A DNA stretch of 63,685 nucleotides, the filler included, from Sphacelaria rigidula (lineage: Eukaryota), in assembly GCA_964200075.2 (NCBI GenBank). It is 7 parts of 7 records of this genome, joined end to end, with 100 filler letters (N's around TTAATTAATTAA, not from the genome) between each part and the next. Parts side by side here need not be neighbours in the genome. Positions count along the whole stretch, not along the records: positions 45,563 to 54,574 come from CAXNAA020009520.1; positions 54,675 to 63,685 come from CAXNAA020009521.1; 5 more parts are not named here. One strand, 5' to 3'. Both the position numbers and the translations under genes were made by a program. Below, in pieces: positions 46,960 through 60,612 of the stretch. Every line of letters begins with the position of its first letter. Position 1 is the stretch's first letter. The notes beneath the pieces are model-generated. The model was not told where the DNA came from. It did not search any database and saw only the letters and a program-made list of their open reading frames with translations.

Positions 46960-48400
46960 CCTCGAGCTGTTCAACGATCGACTACCTACATGATGTTCGT
47001 AGCACGGCGATTCAGGAGTCGGAACGAGCGAGCAACGCCCCCCTCAGTATGTGCTTCATCGATCTGGATAAAGCCTACGATTCCGTAGACCGCACGCTCC
47101 TGTGGGAAGTGCTTGCTCGATTCGGAGTCCCGCCGCGAATAACCGTGATCACTAGCACGTTTCACGACGGCATGCGAGCTCGGGTGCAGCCAGATGGTGG
47201 CAAACGGTCAGCGTGGCTCCACGTCTTCCAGAGACTCAAGACAAGGTTGCATTTCGTCCTCGCTCTTTTTCAACATCTTCGGCGCAGCTTGGTCGACGTG
47301 GTCGTACAGCGGTTCGCGGTGGACCCAGTCATCGTATCAGACTTGGTTTTTCTAGAGGATGCGCCACAACGTGACGGTGGTGAACACCTAGAAGAGACCC
47401 CACTGGAAAACGTGCGGCGTGCGGTGTAGGAGATGCTCTATGCGGACGACGCTTGCATAATTTCGAGGATCTCAGATGACAGTGCTCAAATGATGGTCGT
47501 GGTAGTGGTGACCTGCCAGGAATTCGACCTGACGGGCTCCGAGAGCAAGACAGAGTTCATGCGCCTTCGGTCAGTACCCAATCCTACGGAGGCCGCCCTG
47601 CACACCAAAGCTGCCGCCGGTCACCGGTATAAGCAAACGGGGAAGTCCGTCTTCCATGATGGCGCTATCAGCGTGGATGCGAACATGTTCATCAAAATCA
47701 TCCGCCGCATCAACACAGCGTGGGCACGCATCCAAAGATATAGCTCCCAAGTCTACGATCGACCGCACGCCTAGCTATCCTTGAGAGTCCGGCTGCGTAA
47801 AGCGGAGGTGGTCAAAGCTCTGCTGTATAGATGTGCCTCATGGACGTCAGTTACGTTCTGAGGACTTCGACAGTCTGTGCACTCACTGCCCACCACAAGC
47901 TTTTTTTGCTGCGATTGGTTTGGTTCTGCAGGAAAGATCGAAATGGCTACAAAGACTCTTTCGTGCAGAGCGGTGATCAAGATGACTAACTGCGAACGCA
48001 TCGGGTAACCGCAAACGTCAACTCTGGTTCGCGGGAGTCCTTGTCCGGTAGAAGGAGACATGCCTTCCTAAGCGCATCATGAACGGACGGTCGACCGCAC
48101 GAGGGCCCACGGAGGCTGGCCGCCCACCCAAACGATGGGAGGAAAACCCCCAGGAAAACCTACGGGGACTAGGGGCTGTTCCACACAAAGGAGCATAATG
48201 GAAATGGTTCCTCTGCGGACGGTGTAGAGGTTAACGATGCACACCATTGGATCACTGCGGCGAAAAACATGGGCAAATGACATATGATATTGGTGTCGAG
48301 AAAGGAGCAGAAGACTTTGAAGCTGAGTGGCGACGCGAAGAGGAACGAGAATCGGACCGCCGTCACAAACGAGAGCCTGCCACGTCGAGAGCCGCCAATT
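46960..48400 (+). mobile_element. Degenerate RTE-type LINE, RT domain and 3' region
   Basis: LSMCFIDLDKAYDSVDRTLLWEVLARFGVPP, FHDGMRARV, MLYADDACIIS, RRINTAW; stops and frameshifts. Confidence 0.9.
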
Positions 48401-48984
48401 GAAGAATCCTGCCTGCTCCTATCGGTTGCTGATTGTTGATTGTGTCCTTGGTCGGTCGTTCTGCGGTTCCCCTCGATGTGTGGTTGTATCTGCTCTGCTG
48501 CCATGAACTCTTTGGGCTTCACCACATCGTCTGTAGTCTGCTTCGTCTCTGATCTCCCTTTCCCCCATATTTCTCTCTCTCTCTCTCTCTCGATAGTATA
48601 TATATATATATATAATATTTCGAACTCGCGAGCGTCAAGCATACTTTGTAACGAGGCGCCTACGAGCTCTAGTGCTGATTTTAGTGTGCAGTTCCTCCAC
48701 ACCCGCCCCCCGGGAGATAACTGTTCGGGCCAATGCAAATGCTAGGGGTCCGGTTAGCGGATTCGTACTTTACCTTGTGAGGCGGTACACATGCGTTCGC
48801 GACCGTTCAAACGGACGCGCGATCGCGGTGGTTCTGCAATGTTTCCGGCAGGCATGAACATTATTTCTAGAGAGAACATATTCTCACGAGGGCTTTCACG
48901 AGGGCTTGGCAAGGCAAGAATACCGAGACCCTCGGAAAAGACGGACGGGACCGGGGCGCAGCCCCGGGTCCCGTGCGGCTTGTA

Positions 48985-49018
<34 letters not shown>

Positions 49019-49499
49019 ATCTTTCCTGCCGGTGTACGCCAGAGCAGTGTGGCGCCTCGCTTCATTATGGTTGTCCATGGATGGCAGGGTTCATATCCCA
49101 AGTGGTGCCGTCGTAGTAGATGAGCCGCAATCATTTTCTACGCCGGGGTATGAGCGTGGTCCTGTACAAGATCTTTCTCCACCGATCCCATGGGACAGAG
49201 GCCGGCCATTGCATTTTTTTTTCCTTCTTTTCTTCCCCCCCCCTTTTCTTTATTAGTCTACTCTGGTGTTCCGTTTTACTTTTTTTATGTTTCTTCAGCG
49301 GGTGTTGCAGTTTTTTTTCTTGTCTCGGTTAAGTCTATCATGTAGATAACGACTACGGCTGGATCTCTGGGGCTCGGTTAAAGTACGACAATAAAAAAAA
49401 AAAGACAGATCGGGCTAGTTAGTTCGAGCCATTTCGACTATTTATGCGACATGGGCTGATAAGTGTCATATTCCCACACCAATCACAGGAAGAGTTGGT

Positions 49500-50330
49500 G
49501 GGTGCTTACCGACTTGGAGTCAAAACATCAACTTCCAGGTGGTGAGTGTGATGCACAAAGACTCCACTTCGGGTGGGCAAGATGGAGATGGGCGACCAAA
49601 GGCACAAGCGAGTTGAGTATTTCGTCCACCTCGGCGGCAAAATCAGCAGCATCAGCGACGTCATTCCTGACGTCAAATGCCGCCTTTGCCAGGTCTGAAA
49701 CTGCTTCGTCACGTATAGCAGAGCTGTATATCGCCACCCGTACATCGTCCTGGCCGAGAAGGTCCGTTTCCCGAGGACAGAAGTGATCGAGGTCACGCCG
49801 TACGGCTGCGTGACCTGGATGCTCGCGCCCAATAAAGTCGTCACGTTGCGGAAAGCCCACCGCGAGTTTCTGCTGAGGTGCCTCAACAGGTATACCTCAA
49901 CTCGCAGCGCCCCCGATTACCACATGCTGCTATTCCGTGAGGTTCTCGAGAGGAATAGCTGCGATCGCGTCAAGGCTACCGTGAACAGGGAAATACTACT
50001 GTATGCCGGCCCCATCGCGCGCATGCACGACGAGCGCCTTCCCAATATCGGCATGTGTAGGGTAATGGGCAGGGGGGAGACGAAGCCAGGCAAAACCGCG
50101 AAACGCTTGCAACAACGCGTCCCTGAATACGACGCCTCCTTCACAATAGATACGACATCATGCATGCACATCGCACAAGATTCTTTTGGGCGGTACCGGG
50201 TCATAGAGGAAGGGGCTAGGAAGTGTATGACAGATGGGACCAACGCGCGCCATGCAAAGGAAAGTTTTGCTCTTTCGGCTGTGTTACCACAAGAGTGCCC
50301 CTTTGTGTCTATCGAAGGTCGCCGAACGTA
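49500..50330 (+). mobile_element. Second RTE-type LINE 3' fragment
   Basis: FVHLGGKIS, YGCVTWML, LRKAHREFLLRCL, ARMHDERLP: post-RT region paralleling 47650-48100. Confidence 0.75.
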
Positions 50331-50361
50331 ATGAGTAGTCGACCACGTTCTATACTCGCTA

Positions 50362-50620
50362 GGAGCAATGCTACGGTAGGGGTACACTTTTTTCGCGGAG
50401 TTTTGTCTAGTTCAGGGGCTCCTAACGATTCTGGATGCACAAGAGTATGGGTCAGGGCATCCCCGTTTGCAAATTCATTCAGGATATGCCCCGCACATTG
50501 GAGTAGTAATCCTGGCGTACTTTCACATATTTTCCTAAGTGGTATTTTGCATGAGATCAAGGGCTCCTGATAATTCCAACCTCGGATGATATTTGTGGAC
50601 CCCTACCGTAGCATCACTCC
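50362..50620. mobile_element. MITE, ~26-bp TIR, TA-flanked
   Basis: GGAGCAATGCTACGGTAGGGGT...ACCCCTACCGTAGCATCACTCC; second copy at 61127-61383. Confidence 0.85.
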
Positions 50621-53600
50621 TAGTGCGTCTGCCATCTCCCTCAAAACGTGAGTGTTTTTCTCTGTGAATACCTGGGTATGTTCTTTGTCTCTCACGTTGA
50701 TCCATTTCGTTTCTTTATTTGACTCTTTTTGGGAGATCTGATCTGTTCCTATTACCACACCCCGACTAACTCCGAGGCGGATTCCTTCTCTTCTGTTTTC
50801 TTGGCGCCTCACTCTCTCTTATTGCTTTGTCTTTTCTAGTTCGTATTATTATAAGAGACGGAGCTGAAGCCGCTCAATGAGAGCTTCTATCTCTTGTAAG
50901 AAAAAAGTAGTGGCGGTACAGTACGGAAAAGGCGAGCCTACGCCTGCGACTACGGGTTCGGGAGATAGGGGATAACGTACGGAAATAAAAATGATTGAAC
51001 TACTGAAATGACCGTGTAATTCCATCAATGACATGGGTCCACATCCATCTCAAAGGGAGCAACTTTGGCCTTCCCCTTTTTCGGTTGTGTAATAATTCAA
51101 ATTCGTCTGTACACTGCTTTCCGAGGAAATACCAGCACCATTCAGGTAACATTTTCGAAGTGTGTCGATCAGAATATCCTAAGAACCACGAAGGTATCAA
51201 CTTCTGACAGTCTCTCTCCAGCAGATCTCACGGACGCCTTCAGGTGCGGGCGATGAATTCGATAACTGCTGTACTGTATGTCAGGAGCCGAGATTTCGGG
51301 GGGCAATATTTGCTCGTTCACAGGTGGTGCATCCGTTCCGACACAGGGCATTTTCTGGCGCTGCTTGAAGATAACCATGCGACAGCCTGGTTCCGTATCA
51401 CATCAAATGGCGAAGGTCTAGCAAGGTCGGTGGGTGGGGGAGACCACTCGGCGGCAGATGAGAGTCATCACAACAGGCTCTTGATTGCCACTGGGTTGTA
51501 GCGAAGCATTCCAGTACTCTCCGAGCTACCGTCTGCTTCGCGAGTTGGTCGAGGATCTGAACAACGTGAACTCGTGGGGCTCTAACGAGGTAAGGTTCGT
51601 CGAAGGGACTACCAGCGAGCACTAATTTTGTGGACCAGCCTTTCCCGACGAGAGGTCAAGTAACCTCCAGTATCCAAAGGGGTGGTCCTGTTCAGACATC
51701 TCGTTGTTAGCGACAAGAAAAATGATCCCTGACCAGCCCAGAGGCCGAGCTTCATCGGCAAAATGTCAGCGTCACCGCTAGTGTCGTCGACAGTTACAAC
51801 GGTTTGTTATCGCAACATGGACATGGCATCACCCTACCATTGATGTTCGAAAAGCGCTGAGATACTCAATTGTGCTGCTGTATAGTAGTACATCTTGCAA
51901 TGTTCGTTGTCGGTGTCTGAACTCGCACGAATGCTTAGATACACGCTCGGGCGCAAGTCACTCACAACTGCATCAAAGCGAACGCCGATGTCCGTCACCG
52001 CCCGCAGATCCGAGCTGGACACCATCACAGATGGTCGTTCTGGGAAATCGTTTAATTTGCAAAGCAGTCGCACACACTGGCGAGGCGTAGGGGGGGTGAG
52101 GAAGGAAATATACACATGGGCGTCCAAGATGATGCTCGCGCGGGAAGTGCATCACTAGTGCTGTAAAGTGAACCAGTTGGCATCGTCGCTGAGACTGGAA
52201 GCGGGCGTGAACCGGATCTGGCGACGAGGGCGCCAGCTATCGATTTTTTTCGCGTCTTGCCGTTGCCGGCTGTGGTTGATACCGGTTGAAGTATGGTGAT
52301 CGTATAGCAACGATGCTCACACCATCATATACATTATTTCTATAAAATCGAACGCTCCACCAGACAGCCGCACAAGTAGTACACACATTTTCAACTCCAC
52401 ACTTCACCACAACCCTTGTGTTCCGTCTTTCGACCACACGTGTAGGTCGACGGCTGGTCAGTCGAATGGGGAAAAATGAAGAACCGCAAGGGAAGCATGG
52501 TTCATGTTATGTACGGTGGGACGCTTGGTGCGGAACTGCTAAACGCCATACCCCATTTGCCGATTGGCGACTGCATGGTGAAAAACGCCATGAACATGAT
52601 GCAGCACATGCCCATCACACCTTGTGGCGATATAGCGGATATAGCCAAGGTTTTCCGTTTCATTGCACAGCATCCGAAACAAAAATAACAAACGGTAACC
52701 CGCAACTGCAAAGCACAAACGTACCATGGCTTGCTTGTTAACCTCATGCGTATTTTCGATTTGGACGTGGAGTATTTTGCACCCTTATACTCTGATTCCC
52801 ACGTGCTGCCAGCCTTGATTACTGATTCCCATCCTCCATTACTCATAGAGAGTCTGTGCTGCATGCTACAGATCGATGTCTTTCGAATCGCTCACCACGT
52901 TGGATGAGAATTTAACAACATCTGGGCCGTTTAGCTCCTTCACGTGGAGGCGGACATTTCATACAATCATCTCCGACTTTTCAAGAGAAAAAGAGCTAAA
53001 TACTGAAGCTTGTCTTGCCTCCAGCGGCGCTCCCGCCGGCCCCCGTCACTACCCGAGGGAGGTCACCGCTTCGCAACCGATGTTTTGACAGATAATCGGA
53101 AAACCCGACAAGCTGGGAAAACATGGATTAATTGGCCGCTCGCGTGGTCAGTTTAAACTTAACTGAACAGAGTGGTCAGTTTACAGCCCTACACATTACA
53201 GTTTCCAGAAGGCTACTTCCTATACTGAGCTCTTCTGGAAACAACGTGGTACAGGACGCAGCATGCAGTATAGTACTTCACTACCCGTGACAGTCAAAGA
53301 CGAAGTTGCCGCAAAACAAAAGAACCGAGATACAGCTTTCACGCGAGTTAACCGCGTTGAACCGAGACCCCATGGTCGGATGCTGAAGACGTGTGCGATG
53401 TGCGGCGTTCTGAGACGAGGACGGTCAGTTGTGCGATCATGTTTCAAAAGGAAATAGCGCACAGTAATGTTCCCATAGCATTGCACCACAAATAACCAGA
53501 GTCGAACCCATTACAAACCCCATGATACTGGGCATATCATCGGAGAACCGGCATTGGTCCACCCAAGTACACAAAGAACAACTATTACAGCACCGGCCAT

Positions 53601-54865
53601 CAACCACTGGATCATCACGTTCGACGTCACCACCATCAAAACACCCTTGTTCAGCACATACCAAAGCGAGGGGAAAAAAATATTGTCGTCTGTCATTCCA
53701 CCATCCCCGGCTCGGACGCTGTCAATAGGGGCACCCTCCTTGTCGCACAGCGTGGTGTTCTGCACTCCGCCTCCGCCAGCGAGGATAGCTGGAACGAGGA
53801 TCGTGCCTCAGTTGGATAAGGTAGCTGCTACGAGTCCCCTTGACACGCTGGACTCGGCCGTGTTACAGGTGCTAATCATGGTCTTGCAGTCATAAGGGGG
53901 CCATCGCTCACCCGTGAGTGATGGGTGCGCTATCACCCCCACGGGCGAAACTACATGAAATCCCCCATTTCGACGAGCGGAGATGCAAAACATGACCCTT
54001 TTCGACTCGTGAGGGAGTGACTGCGAACGGCCTACATCGGAAGGCGAAACAAAAAGGATCAGCCGTGCGAGGGTTAGCATATGGGGAGCGGCGACTCGGG
54101 GTTTGTTTCCATTTTCATGCACTCGATCGGAAAGGCCTGGCACGCGGTCCTTCTGACTTCATGTGGTTCTTGCGTTTCACTCTGTTTGACTGCGGATTTT
54201 TGTGGCATCCGATTCCATTTTCTGTAGAGTTCTGTGCTCCAAGACAAAACCTTGTGGGTCTCTACTGTACTACTTTTGGCTAACGGTATGTAACCTTGCC
54301 TTCGATGACACACCTTGTGGAGCCTCTGCTATGACGTGTCGTCCTCGCAGGCAGCCTTCACCGACAACCCCTAGGCATCGACCCAAGTGCAAACCCCAGC
54401 TGGTCCGAGGAATAAAACGTCATCGCGGATCGGTGGTACACGCTGGGTCGCTCCACCCTGTACCAGTGTTTCCTGGATACGACGCACGCAAATACATCTT
54501 GAATACGAGCTGGGCCAGCCTAAAAACGGATTTAAGCTCTAAAAGCAATATCTCATCGACACAGACGAGTTGGGNNNNNNNNNNNNNNNNNNNNNNNNNN
54601 NNNNNNNNNNNNNNNNNNTTAATTAATTAANNNNNNNNNNNNNNNNNNNNNNNNNNNNNNNNNNNNNNNNNNNNGGGGGGGGGTAGGAGGAGGGAGGGGG
54701 GGGGGTACATAGGTGTGCGGGATAATATGATTTTTCGTGTACTAGATCAATGAGTTATTCGGAGAGTGTGAGCGAGGGCCTGCCGTGATAAATTAGTGTG
54801 CAACCCTATTCTGGACAAAAATGCTCCTCGATCAGACTGGAAACTGGTCATTGTCGGGGCAATCA

Positions 54866-55205
54866 CACACGCGACCATTAGCTACTCCCGCATTTCCTCC
54901 AGGGCGGTCAATTGTTCGAGCCTCCAGAGGAATAAGACGCCTCCGGAGGGGTGCGCGGCCCTCCAGCGGCGGAACATTTTTGGATTTCTCCAGAGAGATT
55001 AAACGCCTCCGGAGGCATGTTTTTTCGTCTGGAGGGTCGCACATCACTCGGGAGGCATTTTGCTACCCCAAAATTACTCCGGAAGGGTGCGCGGGCCTCC
55101 AGGGCGGCACAGTGTTTGGGTTCCTCCAGAGGAATCAAAGCCTTCGGAGGTTTGTTTCGCCTCTGGAGGGCCGCGCATCCTCCCGGAGGCATTTTGGGAA
55201 GTGGC
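54866..55205. mobile_element. Second copy of the CCTCCGGAGG-rich element
   Basis: Colinear with 5397-5666, with one extra internal module. Confidence 0.7.
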
Positions 55206-55664
55206 CAAATGGCCGCGTGTCGCAATTTTCAAGAGTGACTCTCATCTGTCGGCGTGTCTCAGCAAACGTGCGGTGGGGAGAAAAAAATCTGATGGATGAT
55301 CGCCACAATCCGAATTGTCAAAGGCATGCCTTGACGAAATACTGCTGTACCTCCGGTGGGGGGGTGAGAGACGGGGCGTTATTCTACTCGGTTTGAACCT
55401 TGCTTCTTCGGGATAGTTTCTCCATGAATGTAGCGCTGTTGTGTTGGCGCCAACATCGTCAGGCCTATTTCTTTCGTAGTGGCCACGGGTATAGCCCTGG
55501 GTTAGAAGTCCTTATTTGTTCCTATTGATAAATATTTGATGATGGGGAATGTCAGGGTCATTTTTTTATTTTCCTCTCTTTATTCTCAACCTCTCACGCA
55601 TGCGAGACTTGTGTTGTTGATACCTGCAGCACTGCTGCCACGTGCGTCAGCCGTGGCTCACCAC

Positions 55665-55973
55665 TAGTTATTATTATTATTAGTATGATTATTATGATTA
55701 TGATTATGATTATTATTATTATGATTATCATTATTATTATTATTATTATTGTTATTATTATGATTATTATTATGATGATGATTATTATGAGTATTATGAG
55801 TATTATGAGTATTATTATTATGATTATTATGATGATGATTATTATGATGATGATTATTATGATTATGATTATGATTATTATTATTATTATTATTATTATG
55901 ATTATGACTATGATTATGATTATTATTATGATGATTATTATGATGATTATTATTATTATTATTGTTGTTATTA

Positions 55974-56003
<30 letters not shown>
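55665..56003. repeat. ~340-bp (ATT/ATG)n microsatellite
   Basis: Directly visible; abuts a retroposon 3' end at 56004. Confidence 0.97.
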
Positions 56004-56004
<1 letters not shown>

Positions 56005-56787
56005 TCCGCACATTAGTCCGATCTCGCGAACCCGTGGTCACAGACACTTGGTGCCTTTTTATTGCGCATGTATTGTACAGCCTGTGAAGTGCAATATTCG
56101 GGTATGACCAGCGCCGAGTGCGGGAAGAAACAGTATGTACAACACTACATGACGGCCTTGTCGAAGCCATCCGCATCCACGACGAGCGACATGCGGTCGT
56201 GGGCCATGTGTAATTCTGCGGGTTAGGTACTCCGTGAAGAAAAGTATTGATCCCATGTGGCGCCTTTTTATTGCGCATCGATAGCATGTTGGGAACCTGC
56301 ACTCGGGTTCGGACGACCCCCTACGTGGAGCGAGATTATCCGACTCATAAACGACACAGATTTTGAGTTGTGAACTTGGACAGTACATCAGTACGACGAT
56401 CACATGCAGGGTCATGAGATTAGATGGTGCGGCAACCAAAACTCTGTTATCGTTGGACAGTACAGCACGATAACCGCACGATTGGAGACATCTGTAATAA
56501 AAATAATTGACGTACGATCCCACACGCATCGACTCCCCCGGATATTCGCTGACCGTAAATGTAAAAGATTCCCAAGACTCACAGTTGAGGGTGCAACGTC
56601 TGGAGCACTTTTGAGACGCCGGCCGGGGCAGACCGAAGGTGAGATACGGCACCGCACCCGGTCTCAAGGTAAAAGCACCACAATACCCCTCGTGCACTAT
56701 TACCGTGCGAAATAGAAGTGCTGAAGATTCAGCTCATCCGACTGCTTTCCTCTTGTTCCCGCTGATGACTGTGATATTTGAACTAAA

Positions 56788-58909
56788 TTGAGGATGCCTA
56801 CTTTTCGGGATATCACCATTTCACACGAAGCCGTGTCTTTTACAGTAAAAAAAACAGAGAAGACTGCACGACACATACGTTGTGTCAATCTATCATGTTC
56901 CCGTCTATTCCGGGCAGGTAATGAAGTGTCTACACCACTGTCGCCTCCATCCCGACCGACACATGCCACACCCGCGGTTGAAACCAGATCTCCCCTGACG
57001 CACTCCGAATGTGCAGCACCGGTGGAAAATGTGAGGGACATCGCCGAGGGTCACACCGGCGAACGAGTCAAACAGCAAAAGTGGCTGAGCCCCCGTTCCT
57101 ACGGAAAAGATACGGCGACTGTGCTGTTCAGTGCGCCGGAGGCGTCCTTCGCGTCCAGTGATGGCGCATCTGTAGAAAAGCAGGGGTTGGAGGGGTGCAA
57201 TGACCATCCGAGTGCAGAAGGTAGTAACTTCAAATTTCGATCGGCCGGGGAAGACGCGACTTGTGAAATCTCTGTCACCTCGGCGTCAGAAAACAATGTA
57301 CGGGAGGTGTTACCAAGGGATCCGCCGACAGTATCTCTCAAGGAAGTGGGTAATACCCCCCGCAAAATCGGGAGAGCTGCCGGTGGTAAAATCCCGGAGG
57401 TACAAAATTCAACTCCATCGGCCAAGGCCAAGAAAAGACGTACACCGCCCGACTCCGCAGACTCCGGCAGAGGCATACCACCACATGCTGGCATACGTGC
57501 ATCGAGGCGAAAGAGAACCGCGACGAATAAGCCGGAGGTTGACAGCGTATGGAGAGCGTGGCATGAACAACAGCAGGCGGCGTTGCAGCACAGAAACGAC
57601 GTAAGGGAAGATCAGCTGCTGGCAATACAATCTCCCGAGGAAGTGCCGATGTCCGTATCCCCATACGACTCAAGACGGGGCCCTCCTCGGGACTAGACGG
57701 GGTGCCGGACGGAACCGTGAGAGAGAGTTGCTCCTCAAGCGTCAGCCCCACGTGACGAAGACGTATCAGAATCTACACAGCACTCCTGCCTTTACACCGG
57801 CCGGCGAAGAGGTCATGCATGCGCTGGAGACGGGCGAGTGGTCAGCGGTCCGCAGGCGGCGGCCATTTTGTCTTGCTCCGACGTGTCGCAGAAGAAGCTG
57901 GAGGACAACACCGCGTGTTATGTGTTGGGTGACAAGACCAAGAAGGGGGTAACGAAGCAGAAGGTCTATACCATCCCGCCGAAGAACACAACAACCACAC
58001 CGACTGCGACTTAAGGCCGGAAGTCGGCGTTGAAGTCCAACACCAAGAACAATACCATGTACACGCAGGAGCTGCTGACCGCTTTAAGAGGGATTGTGGG
58101 GGCGCCCGAAATGTTCCAGGGGGAGAAGGAGAGAGTACTTCTCAAGCTCCGAGCGTCCGTCTTATTCAGCATTCTCAATTCCATCGGAGGTGAGAGGAAT
58201 CCCTAATACTGACCAGAGTTGTAGTGGACACAATGCCCGGAAACGAGCACATTCACAACGCACCCTCGGCCGTAGGCAACTTGGAGTTTGTCTGTGTCTG
58301 ACCCTGGGGGTTTTTGTAACCGTCAGTGCACTAGTGCCGGACGCTTTCGCACATATTTGTAGTGATCATTCCCAACGGCCGTCAGATCGATATTGTTTCT
58401 ATCCTCACGCACACTCATCTTCTGCCATGCAACCCCTTTTCTCCTATCACCGCACCCCGACGTTGCCTACAGGTTTGGGTCATTCCAACAAGAGCGTCAC
58501 GACGCAGTGGATACGATCCGTCGGTTCCAATGCCGAGCAGCCCGACCCGTTCCACGTAGCTCAGAGTGATACCGTCGACTACGCGACAGAGGTCCACGGC
58601 GAACCTCCTCAGGCCGCGACTGAGGGCGGTTATCCAGCAGTGGAAAGCTACCATGTCGACAAGGTGCATACCGAATGGACCGACGCTGGGGCCGAGCTAT
58701 TGATAGTTGCTTACGACGACCCCGATGCCGTGGGAATCATCAAAGCCCATGAGCAACGAGGGCGGACAGGAAAGATACGAAAGGATCAGACGAAATTCCA
58801 TCCCACATCGACCAAGGCCCTGCCCCGCGGGTCAGGCTTCCAGAGCTGGCTGCGGGAAAACAGCAAACAGGCGGAAAACTACCTGGCCCGCAGTGTTTTC
58901 GAGCATTAG
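56788..58909 (+). pseudogene. Possible decayed coding region of unknown type (302-aa ORF plus downstream fragments)
   Basis: Long same-strand ORFs (56788-57696, 58094-58909) with coding-like composition, separated by stops and frameshifts; no motif recognised. Confidence 0.3.
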
Positions 58910-59275
58910 TTGAAAATTACTATGGACCCGTGATTGTGACATACGGTGGTGAAATATCGCCCGCCCGAAGCGGCTCCACGCCAAGCGGTGGTGACGTTGG
59001 CGGTGGAAAAAGTGGCGGTGGCGGCTGCGGCGGTAGTATCGGGCGAACGAGGGGCCGCGACACCGGCGGTAATTATGGCATACGCGGTGGAACGTGCCGA
59101 TGCTCTTGGACGCACAGGGGGGGGTGGGGCCCAGCAGTGGGATGCGACAGTGATGATGGCAGCTGCCGGGGGGGGCGGTGGACACGGAAACGGCGGTAGA
59201 GGCGTCGAGTGCGAGTGGCGACGGCGATTGTGTCTCGATTAGGGTCAGCGGGTGCAATTCAGCGGCGGCATCGGT

Positions 59276-59276
<1 letters not shown>

Positions 59277-59342
<66 letters not shown>
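59277..59342. repeat. 66-nt poly(G) run
   Basis: Directly visible; length may be unreliable. Confidence 0.9.
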
Positions 59343-59346
<4 letters not shown>

Positions 59347-59867
59347 TCTGGGAGGGAGTGTTCTGTGGGCAGGGGCGGTGATGCCATTGAGAGCGCTTGC
59401 TGTGGGTGGAAGCAATATGGGTGATCGCGGCGTGCCTGTGATTGGGTGGACATTGCGGTTGTCGCTCTCGGTTTGTTGTACTCTTGAGGAAGTACTTTCA
59501 GATTTGTCGTGACACTTCAACACGTCTATGAACATGCCCATTTCCCTGAGTTTTACATATTTCGATCTCGATCCCCCATCAGCATTCCTGTATAATCGTC
59601 ATATTCCGTGAGCGCCTGGCAAGGGCAAGAAAGATTACCACTGATATTTTACCCGGTCATCACATAATAATCGTCGTGAACCACCGCCTGTCCTTCGGGA
59701 CCACCGTCTGCCGTTCGACCCTGGAAGATGAAAATATATCACGTAGTGATTTTTCATCTGGTAGTTGTCGTACATCATCGGCACTCGTTAGGGAACGCCG
59801 TGTCTACTTCGACCCCGGAAAGTGAGCGAATGTGACCCAGTCATTTACATATGACACTCGTTGTTCA

Positions 59868-60612
59868 CTACCATCAGTTGCTCGGAGAGATCGCTTGTGG
59901 TACGACCCTGGCAGATGAACCGGTATGATCCAGTGTTTACCGAAGATACTCGTTACCCATCACCAACACTTGTCCGGGACCATCATTTTTGCACACTGGC
60001 ACATGATTAAAAAATAGCAAGATACCTGGCACATGATACTCGTCGTTAATCGTGGGCACTTGGTCGGGAACATAATCTTTACTCACCTTAGAAGGTGAAA
60101 ATATTCCAGGCACAAAGTTTATACGTGCCAATCGTTGTCTAGCACCAGCACTCGTTTGGGAGTATCTTTGTTTATCTGACTTTGGTGGGTGATATAAAAG
60201 AATTGGCCGGTGATCTCTCACAATACACGGTGGATGTCCACCACCATTAGTTGCTCGAAGAGATCGCTTGTTGTACGACCGTGGCAGAGAACCGGTATGA
60301 TCCAGTGATCACACAACATACTCGTCACCCATCATCAGAACTTATCCGGGACCATCATTTTTGCACCCCGGCAGGTGGGAGAAAGATCGAGCGGGAGATG
60401 TTACACATGATACTCGTCGTTTAGTATGGGCACTTGATGGGGAACATCATCTTTACTCAGACCTTGGAAGGTGGAAATATTCGAGGCACAGGGTTTGAAC
60501 GTCCCAATCGTTGTCCAGCACCAGCACTCGTTTGGGGGCATCTTCGTTTATCTGACTCTGGTGGATGAAAAAAACATTAGCAGGTGATCTCACACATGAG
60601 ACGGTGAATGTA
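59868..60612. repeat. Diverged tandem duplication, ~373-bp period, with shorter internal subrepeats
   Basis: CCAT(C/T)AGTTGCTCG.AGAGATCGCTTGT.GTACGACC at ~59871 and ~60244, colinear throughout. Confidence 0.85.

Noticed and set aside
53480-54143. Minus-strand hydrophobic ORF fragments as a membrane protein
   Set aside because: In-frame stops, no splice-consistent model and no motif.
55594-56107. Poly-Ile/Met ORFs; likewise poly-Leu/Tyr/Ser ORFs at 1327-1772
   Set aside because: Translations of microsatellites.
59178-59541. Poly-Gly/poly-Pro ORFs
   Set aside because: Produced by the poly(G) run, whose length may itself be a sequencing artefact.
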